Positions 13,084 to 25,812 of a stretch of DNA of 64,000 nt are shown in pieces. The stretch's first letter is position 1; every line of letters begins with the position of its first letter. The notes under the pieces are model-generated. The model worked only from the letters and a program-made list of their open reading frames with translations. It made no database searches and was not told the DNA's origin. The stretch is from Octopus vulgaris. Its lineage: Eukaryota. The DNA is taken from contig OX597814.1 in assembly GCA_951406725.2 (NCBI GenBank), positions 203,174,001 to 203,238,000 of the forward strand. Reading direction: 5' to 3'. Made by a program: the position numbers and the translations under genes.

Positions 13084-15456
13084 TTATTATTTTATTGAAG
13101 AAATCAGTAAAATGTCTTATAGTTATTGTCTTTCCTGTTTTAACGACCATTTGAAATGAAATGTCAGTGATAATAGTCGATAATGATGACTTTAATGATT
13201 TCTTCATTAAAATTGGAAACAGTTGGTAATTGCAGTGAGATTTCATAAAACTCAACTAATTCATAATAACTAAAGAAGAATTAGATCATCGTCATTTTTA
13301 TGTCTGTTTTTCCATGCTTGCATGGGTTAGATAAGTCTTTCTCTAGCAGCTGTCACTCACCTGTATCATCTCCTTCATGAAGTTCAATCTCCTGTAATCA
13401 GCCTTCGCTGGTTCTTTTCGATTACAGGAACTTTCACCATAGACACTTGTGCCATAAGAAATTTTGCTTTAAATGACCTCATCACATTTTTTTTTTGTTT
13501 GATGTTGAATAAAGGCTTGCTTATTTAATGCTTCCATGCTGGTGGCACGTAAAAAGCACCATTCAAGCATGGTCATTGCCAGTGCCACCTGACTGGTCCT
13601 GTGCCGGAGGCAGATAAAAAGCACCATTCAAGCGTGGTCATTGCCAGTACTGTCTGACTGGCTCCCATGCTGGTGGCACATAAAAAGCACAATTCGAGCA
13701 TGGTCGTTGCCAGTATCACCTGACTAGCTCCCATGCCAGTGACACTTAAAAAGCACCATTCAAGCATGGTCGATGCCAGTGCCGTCTGACTGACCCTTGT
13801 GTCTGTGGCACATAAAAAGCACCCACTACACTCTCGGAGTGGTTGATGTTAGGAAGGGCGTCAAACTGTAGAAACATTGCCAGATAAGATTGGAGCTTGG
13901 TGCAGCTTTCTGGCTTGCCAGCCCCCAGTCAAACTATCCAATCCATGCCAGCATGGGAAGCGGATGATGATGATGAAAACTCTTCATCATTTCTTTTTTC
14001 TATAATATGCTGATGTAATATGCTCCACCAATATCCATGTAGCAAATTTGTCTCAGTGAAATTTCTTATAGCAAATTTTCTGGTCACTGTTCTTTCCATG
14101 TCTTCCTTGGTCTTCCTCTTTTGTGGGTTTCTTCTGGCAAGATTGTTTGTCACACATTTACTTAATACCACATGTGGTGCACAATACCTCTATGTCGCAC
14201 ACTTAATACTACCACTGGATGTAATACACTTGCACAATGATGCTACATGTAGCACACTTTATATTGCTTCGTGCTACACACCTGATCGATACCACTACAT
14301 GTATCACATTTAATCAATGCTGCTACATGTATACTTGATCAATATTGCTACATGTTGCACAATCAATACTGCCGCATGTAACACAATACCACTCATGTAA
14401 CACTAATTTTTGGTTTTTAGTTTGTCTACATGAGGGTACATCTCTCATGTAGCCATTGATTACAACAGTTACCCACTGTTAAATTTCTGCTTATTTCCCA
14501 ACTGAAACCAGTCATTTCTTCTACATTGTCATATGATCTCTACAACCAAACAGTGTTTCTAAAATAATCAGGGATGTATTTCTATGAGGACCTTTTGATT
14601 CTACATTCATTCACACTTATTCTGTAGCTCTTGGATTGTCGTCTATAATTACAACCAAATCATCTGAACATGAAAATTTCTGTGGGCAACTTCTGAAACC
14701 TTTTATGGGGCTTTAAAAGAATTGGACAAAGAAAGGAGCAAATGTTGATTTTGATTTGACGTACAGGAAATTTAACATTTAAAATTAACGGGAGTGCCTG
14801 TGGAGTAAGTAGCTTGCTTACCAATCATATGGTTCTGGGTTCAGTCCCACTGCGTGGCACCTTGGGCAAGTGTCTTCTACTATAGCCTTGGGCTGACCAA
14901 GGCCTTGTGAGTGGATTTGGTAGACGGAAACTCAAAGAAGCCCATCGTATAAATGTATACATATATATATATGTGTGTATGTTTGTGTCTGTGTTTGTCC
15001 CCCCAACATCACTTGACAACAGATGCTGGTGTGTTTACGTCCTTGTAACTTAGCAGTTCAGCAAAAGAGACCGATAGAATAAGTACCAGGCTTCCAACGA
15101 ATAAGTCCTGGGGTCGATTTGCTCGACTAAAGGTGGTGCTCCAGCATGGCCACAGTCATATAACTGTAACAAGTAAAAAAGTAAATCTGTTTATTGTGCC
15201 GGTGGCACATAAAAAGTACTATCCGAACATGATCGATGCCAGTCCAGTGACTGAAACAACTAACAGACAATAAAAGAAGAAAAAGAACCCCTATCACCAC
15301 TAACCTTTCTGTTACTTCTTGGAATTTTTTGTTTTCTCCACAAAATATTTCAATAAATTGTTTGTTTCTGATATGTTTATTCCAGCCAATCAGTGACTGC
15401 ATGTCATGTTTTATTGATTATTGATCTTGTAAAATATTTCTGTTTCTCTATTTCAG

Positions 15457-15594
15457 GATAGAATGATGGTTATTGTGAATATTCTTGATGAAAATGACAA
15501 CAATCCAGACTTCAACTTTGTCAGTGGGAAAACACTGAATGGAACAGTACCCGAAAATTCCTTATCGGGCACTGAAGTCATTCTGGACACTCCT
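15457..15594 (+). CDS. Cadherin exon 3 (DRMMVIVNILDENDNNPDF...VPENS...LDTP)
   Basis: tttcAG / GTAAGG; 138 nt; DENDNNP linker. Confidence 0.92.
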
Positions 15595-16687
15595 GTAAGG
15601 GGCTTCAGTTATATTTTTTGTGTCTGTTGATTTTTCTTATGTTTCTATATTTTTGTTATGTTTCGAATCAATCAATAGGCACAGACAAAGCTGGGTGATA
15701 AGAAGCTTGCTTCCCAACCACATGGTTCTGGGTTCACTCCCACTACATGTGTCTTCTGCCATAACCTCAGGCCGACCAAAGGCCTTGTGAGTGGATTTGG
15801 TTGATGGAAACTGAATGAAGCCCATCATATGTGTTTGTATTTATCCACCACCACCACTTGTCAAGTGGTGTTGGTGTGTTTATGTCCCTGTAACTTAGCA
15901 GTTCAGCAAAGAGTGACCAATAGCATAAGTACCAGACTTTATAAAGAAAATAAACTCAGGCATCAATTCATTCAGCTGAAAATTCTTCAAAGTGGTGCCC
16001 CAGCATGGCCACAGTCTAATGACTGAAACAAATAAGCGATAAAAGATAAAAGAAGTGTATTGCTGTGGACCATGGCTTAGTGGTTAGGGTGTTGTTCCCA
16101 CAATGGTAAGATCATTGTTTCAGTCCCTAAGACACGGATAGAATAAGTATTAGGCTTACAAAGAATAAGTCTTGGGATCAATTTGTTCGACTAAAGGCAG
16201 TGCTCCTGCATGGCCGCAGTCAAATGTCTGAAATGGCTGTGTGGTAAGTAGCTTGCTTATGAACCACATGGTTCCGGGTTCAGTCCCACTGCATGGCACC
16301 TTGGGCAAGTGTCTTCTACTTATAGCCTCGGCCGACCAAAGCCTTGTGAGTGGATTTGGTAGACAGAAACTGAAAGAATCCCGTCATATGTATGTGTGTG
16401 TGTATATGTGTTTGTCCCCCCAACATCGCTTGACAACTGGTGTGTTTACATCCCTGTAACTTAGCGGTTCAGCAAAAAAGACTGATAGAATAAGTACTAG
16501 GCTTACAAAGAATAAGTCCGGAGTTGATTTGCTCAACTAAAGGTGGTGCTCTAACATGGCCACAGTCACATGACTGAAACAAGTAAAAGAGTAGTTGAAT
16601 ATTATTTGGAATTGTATTTTTAAAAAATGTTAAAATGTTTTGTGCATTGCAAAAGTAAAACCAATTTATTGTGCTTAAATTTTAACA

Positions 16688-16910
16688 ACAAAATCTCATG
16701 GGTTCCCAAGGGTCATATGGACCCCTGTTTAGAACCAGTGTGTTAGACAATGTGGTCCTTGACAAAATCTCAAGGGTTCCCAAGGGTCATATGGACCCCT
16801 GTTTAGAACCAGTGTGTTAGACAATGTGGTCCTTGACAAAATCTTATGGGTTCCCAAGGCTCATATGGACCCCTGTTTAGAACCAGTGTGTTAGACAATG
16901 TGGTCCTTGA
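16688..16910. repeat. 3 x 74-bp tandem repeat
   Basis: Units start at 16688, 16762, 16836; near-identical. Confidence 0.95.
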
Positions 16911-17816
16911 TATGCAAAAAAAACAAAAAAAAACTCAGAAAACAGGAAGGTCATGGTTGGATTATAGGTCTGTCCAATAAAACTGACCTGGGGCTAAACA
17001 CCAACTGATCAACAAATTGCCATAACTCCACCACCGCTACCACTACCACTCATGTAAATCTAGATGGATACATGTAAAATAGCAACAGCAACAACAACAA
17101 CAAAACTGTTTGCGTTTTTGTTTAAATATCTGTAGATATTATCTGGAGTGCTTGCTAGGTTCAAATGGGAAATGAAAGGAAGTAGATCTAATATATGTAT
17201 AAAGTCAATGATTTACATCACATCCATTTAGAATGTTCTACATATAAACACATTCTGTTGTGCTGGGATTCACGCACCAGTAAGATTCAAACCAATATTG
17301 TAAGAAAGATGGGATTAGAAAGTATAATCAAGATATCTTTAATTCATGCGCCATCTCTCTTAAACATTTTATTTCCTTTCCCATTTTAGCAATATACCAA
17401 TTTTATTTATTTATTTTTTTTAAGCAGCTTCAAAAATATGGGAAAATTGTAGAATATGAAATACGTAATCAGAAATTCATATAATTGTTACAGATTCTTC
17501 GATGATTTATTCATGAGAAATTTCTCTATAGTTTTCTGATATTTCCATATCTGAATAGAAACACTCCATTTTGAAAATATCCCCTCAAACTTGACAATTT
17601 TAACTTTATTTCATTTTTAATATAGGATTATTCAGATGACAAACATAAAAAAAAAGAGAATCGTGTACGACTAAATCTGGCTTATCGTTCAATTTTCAGT
17701 TATCTCTGTGGTGGGGGTAGGAGCAGGGTGGATCTGTTGTTGTTGTTTTTCACTTGGAAACAAAATTCTGTTTTAGTTGTGGTGTTTTATTTTGGTGTTT
17801 GTTTTCTCTTTGCCAG

Positions 17817-18968
17817 GCACATCAACTGGAAGTCCAAGATATTGATGCCGGAGAAAATGGTACTGTAACTCTAAGTCTCAATGGAGCAACTCAGTTTCGT
17901 CTTCGCAAAGTCGAAAACTCTAGCTATGTTGTTTATGTAAAAGCCAATTGGTCCCTTGACCGTGAATGGCGCAGTAATTACAATGTGAGCATCACTGCTC
18001 GTGATGGGGGTGACCCACCAAGGTCATCTGTCATATATTTATTCATTAAAGTTTTAGATGTTAATGATCACAGTCCACAGTTTCAGTATACTTCATATAA
18101 TATGACAGCCACTGAAAACTCCCCCCTTGGTAAAGTTATTGGCTATGTTCATGCTGATGATGAAGACTCCGAGGTCAATGGAGAAATTGAATATTCTATT
18201 GTGAGTGGATCAATGGAGATGTTTGAAATTGGTGAGAAAAATGGCAGTATATATATCAGCCAACCTAAACTGGATCGAGAGAAGAAAGACATTTATCACA
18301 TCACTGTGCGTGCACAAGATAAAGGTTTTCCTCGAAAGCAGGCACATACAGTTGTGAACGTATATGTTGAAGATGTCAATGATAATGCACCAGAGTTTTC
18401 GCAACAGGCCTACACAGTTACTGTTCCTGAAAACACACCAGTTGGAGACATTATTTTCCAGGTGGATGCACGTGACAGGGATTTAGGAGCTGGCGGTCAG
18501 GTCTCTTTCTTTTTGGAGCCTCGTTCCAAATTTTTCTACATAGACAAGAACAATGGTAGTATCTACTTGAACAAATCTCTTGACTATGAAACGACAAGGA
18601 AACATTTTACTTTCAACATTCTTTCTCACGATCATGGCACCCCGAGCATCAGTTCAATTGCTCCCATTGAAATAAAAGTCACTGATGTAAATGATGAAGT
18701 TCCTGAATTCTCTCAGCCGTTGTATGTTAGCCAGATCACCAAAACTTCGCCAATAGGAAAAGCCATTACAGTCGTCCAAGCAAAAGATACAGATTCAGAG
18801 ATCATTTATTACTTGACACCGTCATCTTCTGAGTTCACCATTGACAAATCAGGTGTCATTGTCCAAACTGAGAACATTGATAAAACAATATTCTCACCAG
18901 GTACGCTGTATAAGGAATTTAATGTCGTGGCTACTGACTCAATCCACACCGCCAATACATCTGTTCAG
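17817..18968 (+). CDS. Cadherin exon 4 (AHQLEVQDIDAGENG...ANTSVQ), nearly 4 EC repeats
   Basis: ttgccAG / GTAGGT; 1152 nt; LDRE, LDYE, DVNDHSP, DVNDNAP, DVNDEVP motifs. Confidence 0.96.
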
Positions 18969-19078
18969 GTAGGTCATTATTTAACCCTTTTTGTTACCAC
19001 ATCTCCATTGAAATACACTGCCTCTGTTTCAATTAATTTTTGAAATAATGAAGAATTTAGTAAAATAACTTTGTCGTT

Positions 19079-19605
19079 CTGTTGCGTCTGGGGAGAGTCA
19101 TTTTCTTTTTGTGCCTTGTAATGTAAAACACTCACCGGTAAAATTTCCACTTAAATCTTATTTTTATTTTCCTAAAATTTTCGTTGCGTCTTACAACCTT
19201 TTCAATAGTCTTGTTGGCTATGTTCATGCTTTCCAAGAGTCAAGATTATTGAAAAGGTTGTAAGATGCAATGAAAATTTTAGGAAAATAAAAATAAGAAA
19301 ATAAGTGGAAATTTTACCAGTGAGTGTGTTACATTATAAGGCACAAAAAATTTTCATTGCGTTAGCAACATTTTCAATAGTCTTATTGGCTATGCTCATG
19401 CTTTTCAAGAGTCAAGACTATTGTAAAGGTTGCAAGATGCAACGAAAATTTTAGGAAAAGAAAAACAAGATTTAAGTGGAAATTTTACCGGTGAGTATGT
19501 TACATTATAAGGCACAAAAAGAGAATGACTCTCCCCAGACACAACAGAATATGCTTCAACACCCAAACTCATATAAAGAATCTTGCAAACCAAATCCACA
19601 AACGA
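19079..19605. mobile_element. Double foldback element (U3:A8 hammerhead family) inserted in a TTAA-type MITE
   Basis: Arms alternate -,+,-,+; near-perfect 12-bp TSD AACTTTGTCRTT at 19067-19078 and 19606-19617. Confidence 0.8.
19172..19208 (-). ncRNA. Variant hammerhead-like motif with U3:A8 core
   Basis: Minus strand: CUA-UUGAAAA-G-GUUGU aagac GCAAC-GAAA-AUUU-UAG; further copies at ~19246-19282(+), ~19350-19380(-), ~19418-19454(+), ~1259-1295(+). Confidence 0.5.
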
Positions 19606-20130
19606 AACTTTGTCATTATTAAGCTGGTATTTAGAACATAGCACGAAATTTTGATAAGAAGTTTTAATTTAGACCACCTTAACCATTTTGTTACCATATT
19701 TCCACTGAAATACTCTGCCTATTTCAGTTTTGAATATAACGAAGAATTAAGTAATATAACTACCATTGTTAAGTTACAGTTTCGGACATAAGTTAGCACA
19801 AAATTTGATGGAAGGTTTTAATTTAAATCACTTTAAAATGCAAAGTTTGTATCATGGAACCAAGGGCAGTTCCAGGTTGGCCAGTATCAAAAAAGTTCAT
19901 TCTTTGATACCCTACTTTTGTTAAAATACACTGCCTTTGTTTCAATTAAATTTATTAAATTAACTTAATCATTATTAAGCTGGTGTTTGAAGCACAAATT
20001 ACCATAGAATTGCCTAACGTGTCACTCAATAGGATTGAACCCAAAACCATGTGGTTGGGAAGCAAACTTCTCAACCACACAAATCTCTTGATATTTTTGT
20101 GTCTTCTAACTTTTATTTTTAATTCCGCAG

Positions 20131-20340
20131 ATTTTTGCCACAGAAGATGAACCGATTGAGTTTAGGCACCCAGTCTACAGACTTAAAATTCCTGAAGATA
20201 TTAGGCCAGGTGGCAGAGTTTTCCGGTTGAAAATGTCGCGTAATCGTAACTCTGGCATCTTGTCTTCCGACCCAAGTTTGGCCAATTTGACTTATCATAT
20301 GATGTTTCCTCTCGACTGGTTTACCGTCAATTCAACAACA
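20131..20340 (+). CDS. Cadherin exon 5 (IFATEDEPIEF...IPED...FTVNSTT)
   Basis: ccgcAG / GTTAGT; 210 nt, phase 0/0. Confidence 0.88.
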
Positions 20341-21359
20341 GTTAGTATTTACCGTCATTAGTATTTGGTATATGCGTGTGTGTGTGTGTGTGCATGTATG
20401 TATATGGGCTTAACTTTCAAGTGCTGGTAAAACATAGTTACTTTACCAGTTGCTGCTACATTAAAACAATGCTACTAAGATTATCTAATATTAACTCCAT
20501 TGAATTTTAAATTCCATCCGAGCGTGATCGTCGCCAGAACAGCTATCTGGCCTCTGTGCCGGTGGCACATAAAAGACACCATTCGAGTGTGATCGTTACC
20601 AGCATGCCGGTGGCATGTGTAAAAGATTCAAGCGCGGTCATTGCCAGTACCGTCTGACTGGCCCCGTGCCAGTGGCACGTAAAAAGCACCCTCTACACTC
20701 TCGGAGTGGTTGGCGTTAGGAAGGGCATCCAGCTGTAGAAACTCTGCCAGATCAAGACTGGAGCCTGATGCAGCCATCTGGTTGCCAGTCCTCAGTCAAA
20801 TTGTCCAACCCATGCTAGCATGGAAAGCAGACGTTAAATGATGATGATGATGATGATGATCTTTTCATATTGACAGACATGAAGCTATTTCTGCAGTTTC
20901 ACATTAATCAGATTTTGTAAAGCAAATATAAATAAGTAAGAGTAATAATAATAATCCTTTCTACTAAAGGCACAAGGCCTGAAATTTGGGAGAGGGGGGC
21001 CAGTCGATTAGATTGACCCCAGTACACAACTGGTACTTAATTTATTGATCCTGAGGAAATGCTGCTAAACATTTTACCCGCCATGCTAACGATTCTGCCA
21101 GCTCACCACCTTAGTAACAGTAATAATAATGGCATATCTACACATGTGTACCCACCACCAGCTTTGTTTTTTATTGTTTTACTTGTTTCAATTATTTGAC
21201 TGCGACCATGCTGGAGCACCGCCTTTTGTCGAGCAAATCGATCCCAGGACTTATTCTTTGTAAGCCTAGTACTTATTCTATCGGTCTCTTTTGCCGAACT
21301 GCTAAGTGATGGGGGCGTAAACACACACCATCGGTTGTCAAACGATGTTGGGGAGACAA

Positions 21360-21430
<71 letters not shown>

Positions 21431-21528
21431 CACACACAAATACATATATACGACAGGCTTCTTTCAGTTTCCGTCTACCAAAGCCTTCTGAGTAGATTTG
21501 GTAGATGAAAACTGAAAGAATCCTGTCA

Positions 21529-21580
<52 letters not shown>

Positions 21581-22798
21581 TGTATTTTTGTGTCTGTGTT
21601 TGTCCCCCACCATCGCTTGACAACCGATGTTGGTGTGTTTACGTCCCCAAAACTTAGCGGTTGGGCAGAAGAGACAAATAGAAAAAAGTATTAGGCTTAC
21701 AAAAAATAAGTCCCGGGATAGATTTGTTCGACTAAAGGCAGTGCTCCAGCATGGCTGCAGTTAAATGACTGAAACCAGTACAAGAATAAGAGAATATTAT
21801 GATTATACAAACATGGAACACCCACACACAGTACTTGAAGTTTCCCAGCAAGCCATGGGTATGAAGTTATCTAATTTTCGATTAGTATTCACTTCACAAA
21901 CCATCATCCCTCATTTGTATTAGATATATTTCTCTATTCCAAGGGACATTGGAGCCTACTTATTTTGTTGTTATATATATATCTATGGTTAATCATTTTT
22001 GTGCGTGTGTACGTGTGTGTAAAATAATAATTTATGATACTTAACAATAATTCAGATATGCTAACTAGGTTAATATTTTGAATTTTTCACTATTTTGCTT
22101 AGTCTCTCGATATATCTATATTGTGTGTATAAACTGACAAATGATATCTTTACACAGACAGATTTTCTTATGTTTTTAATTCTAATTTTCCTTGTGTTTA
22201 CTTTACCAATTATTGCCTTCTACTCTAATACAATAATCAATCTTTGAATTGTACAGCTACAGTCCTTTATATTCTTAAAGAATGAAAATTCTATTTTCTC
22301 CAGAAATTATCTTTACAATTTTTCTTCAGGCTGTATAAGTCTTGATTTGATCATTTCTGTAAAAATAATCGGCTACACCTTTATGTTTAGCCCCACTTGT
22401 CTGTTGCCTGGAACCATTTCAAAAACTACAGACGTAGTTGAGATCTTACAGTCGATAGTCTAAACTTAGTGTGGTATAACTGCAATCTCTCTCTTGCTAG
22501 TATTCCTCTCATTTCTTAAATGACTATTTTGAAATATATTTTTTATGTTGTTGTTGTAGATTTTTCTATTATTATTATTATTAAGGCAGCAAGCTGGCAG
22601 CATTGTTACTGTGCCAGACAAGATGCTTAGTGACATTTCTTCCAGTTCTTCATGTTCTGAGTTCAAATTCTACTAAGGTCAACTTTGCCGTTTATCCTTT
22701 CAGGGTTGATAAAATAAATACCAATTGAACATTGAAGTTGGAGTAATTGACATACTACTCCCTTGAAATTGCTGGCCTTATGCCTTTAGTAGAAAGGC

Positions 22799-22840
<42 letters not shown>

Positions 22841-23051
22841 GTGAGTGAGAGAGCAACGCTTACCATCAAAATGAAACTGGGGTATAAATATACAAAGTCC
22901 AATATACCCATCATGACTACTTGTCTAATAAGGGTACACAAGGCACATGCATCACAACCATATGTGCATGACATGGTGGTCTCATACCAAGATAAACAGT
23001 GGAGTTATATCCTGAATAAATAAAGTTTTTAATTAATAGCTGAACAATTAT

Positions 23052-23096
23052 TCTGTGCTGATGAGGGGAAATAACCCAGAAATTGCGATACACGGA
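23052..23096 (+). ncRNA. Type I hammerhead ribozyme, canonical core
   Basis: UCUGUG-CUGAUGA-GGGG aaauaa CCCA-GAAA-UUGCGA UA-CACGGA; stem I extends (AACAAU/AUUGUU); AUA triplet; first stem II position is a G.A mismatch. Confidence 0.78.
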
Positions 23097-25755
23097 TATT
23101 GTTTTGAGCTGAGTGGGGGTGCTAGATTCCCTTGTTTGAAAATATAAGGACACAAATCGTGTCATATAGCCGATTGGAGACGATGTCTCCTGGGGCTAAA
23201 TTACAGCAACATTCATCCTAAACCAGGACTGCCATGTTATGTTGACAAACAATCTTTACTCCTAATGTATCAATATTGTTTTAATTTGAAAATATTCTAA
23301 TTAGTTTTCATAATGATATAACTCAAGTGATATATTTTTTAAACAGTTCAGGTGTAAACTATTTCTTGTGCTCATCACCCTGACCCTTGTTCCTCTGTCC
23401 AGCAGCTTACTTCATCATCATCATTTTAACTTCCACTTGTCAAGGTTTGCATGGCTCAGGTGAAATTTGTTGAGGTAGAATTTCTATGATTAAATTCCTA
23501 TCCTGTTACCAACCCTCACTTGTTTACAAACAAGGTAATGTCATCACTTGACCTGACATGTTTTCACAAAGGACAAACGAACGAATGACAGTGTTTGTAT
23601 GAGGATGACACTCACTCTCAACTATCCGATGATGTCAAGAAACTGACACTCCATTGGTTTCAGTGATGAGGGTTCCAGATGATCTAATCAACAGAACAGC
23701 CTGCTTGTGAAATTAACATGCAAGTGGCTGAGTGTTCCACAGACACATGTACTCTTGACATAGTTCTCAGGGAGATTCAGCATGACATTGGGTGTGACAA
23801 GGCTGGCTCTTTGAAATACAGGTACTACTCATTTTTGCCAGCTGAATGGACTGCTGTAATGTGAAATAAAGTGTCTTGCTCAAGGACACAACGTGTCGCC
23901 AGGTATTGAACTCATGACCTTACAATCATGAGCCAAATATCCTAACCATTCAGCTACATGCCTTCATGTGATGTCAAGATAAGGAGACACACACACACAT
24001 ATATACACAAATGGTTGGCTTCTTTCAGTTTCCATCTACCAAATCTGCTCACATGATTCTGGCTCATCTAAGGCCGTAGAAAAGACTTGCCAAAGATACC
24101 ATGAAGTGGGACTGAACCTGAAACCATGTGGTTGGAAAGCAAGCTTCTTAGCCACCCTTTTGTTTGTTTGGGGTTTTTGTTTTGGTTTTTTTTTTTCTTG
24201 CTAATTATTTATCTATTTGGACTTTTTAATGGTGGAAATAGTGTTTGCAAAGATATTTAATTTATTTTTCAAGATCATGACAATCCTAACATCCATCTGT
24301 TCATTTTGACTAATTAAAATAAAGGTTGTCAGAGTAAAAAAAAACAAAATCTTTTAAATGTAATTAATACATAAACAAAAATATTTTAATTGATCAAGCC
24401 ACCTGCTGTTTAAAGTAATCAGAGTAAATTATATATTCTTTAATTAAATATCTCTAAGCACCGACACCATTATCGTTAGCATATTTCCATGCCATGGTTG
24501 TTGTTCTTCACAAAAGATTTCGTGAGTTCTTTTGTCACTAAACACTTCCAGAAAGTAAAACAATTGCATCATGGCAACATCATGTATCAACATGGCAGCT
24601 TTGTTGTGAATGACACAGTTGGATTCCTTAAGTAATTTTTATATTGCCATCACTACTGCTACTACTATCAGTATCATCATCAACACCATCATTGTTTTGT
24701 TTGGCAGACAATGTAATTTAAAAATTGCTCATTACCAAGTTTTTATCTTTGAGCTATCATCATTCATTTAGCGTCCGCTTTCCATCCTAGCATGGGTTGA
24801 ACGGTTCAACTGGGGTCTGGGAAGCCAGAAGGCTGCATCAGGCCCAGTCTGATCTGGCAGTGTTTCTACGGCTGGATGCCCTTCCTAACGCCAACCACTC
24901 CGTGAGTGTAGTGGGTGCTTTTTACGTGCCACCCGCACAGGTGCCAGACGGGGCTGGCAAACGGCCACGGACGGATGGTGCGCTTTTTACGTGCCACCGG
25001 CACGGAGGCCAGTTGGGGCGGCGCTGGGAGCCAGGCAAGGCTGGCAACGGCCACGATCGGATGGTGCTTTTTATGTGCCACCTGCACGGAAGCCAGTCGG
25101 GGCGGCGCTGGCAATGGACATGGTCGGGTGGTGCTCTTTACGTGCCACCGGCACGGGGGCCAGGCGAGGCTGGCAATGGCCACGATCGGATGGTGCTTTT
25201 TACGTGCCAATATACACGTGTGTGTGTGTATGTTTGTGTGTCTGTGTTTGTCCCCCCAACATTGCTCAACAACCGATGCTGGTGTGTTTACATCCCTGTA
25301 ACTTAGCGGTTCGGCTAAAGAGACCGATAGAATAAGTACTAAGCTTACAAAGAATAAGTCCTGGGGTCGATTTGCAACAACTATGCTCGAATGCTGTTTT
25401 TCACATGCCACTGGCACATGTGCCAGTAAGGCTCCACTGGCAATGATCATGTTCGAATGGTGCTTTTCCCCTGTTACCAGCACAGGAGCCAATCCGTGGC
25501 CCTGGCGATGATTACACTCTGATGTGCTTATAATGTTCCACTGGCACGAGTGCCAGTCAGGCAGTACTGTCATCGACCATGCCAGCAATTTTGGTTTTGA
25601 TTTCACTTGCCTCAATAGGTCATATATATGTATGTGTGTATATATATACATGTGTGTGTGTGTGTACATATATATATGTATAAATTATTAAGGTGGCTAG
25701 TTGCAGGTTAAAAACTAAAACGCACATGGTTCTTGTTTATATATATATGTGTGTG

Positions 25756-25812
<57 letters not shown>

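Noticed and set aside
17754-19043. Treating the 429-aa ORF as a single-exon protocadherin with a signal peptide
   Set aside because: The hydrophobic N-terminus is translated polypyrimidine tract from a TTG start; proper splice sites link it in frame to flanking exons, and no TM segment follows.
24797-25669. ORFs up to 267 aa with recurring [10 protein letters not shown] / FYVPPA peptides (also 4916, 31431, 41703, 43005)
   Set aside because: Read-through of SINE-like family A in several frames; stop-poor repeat sequence with no splice or domain support.
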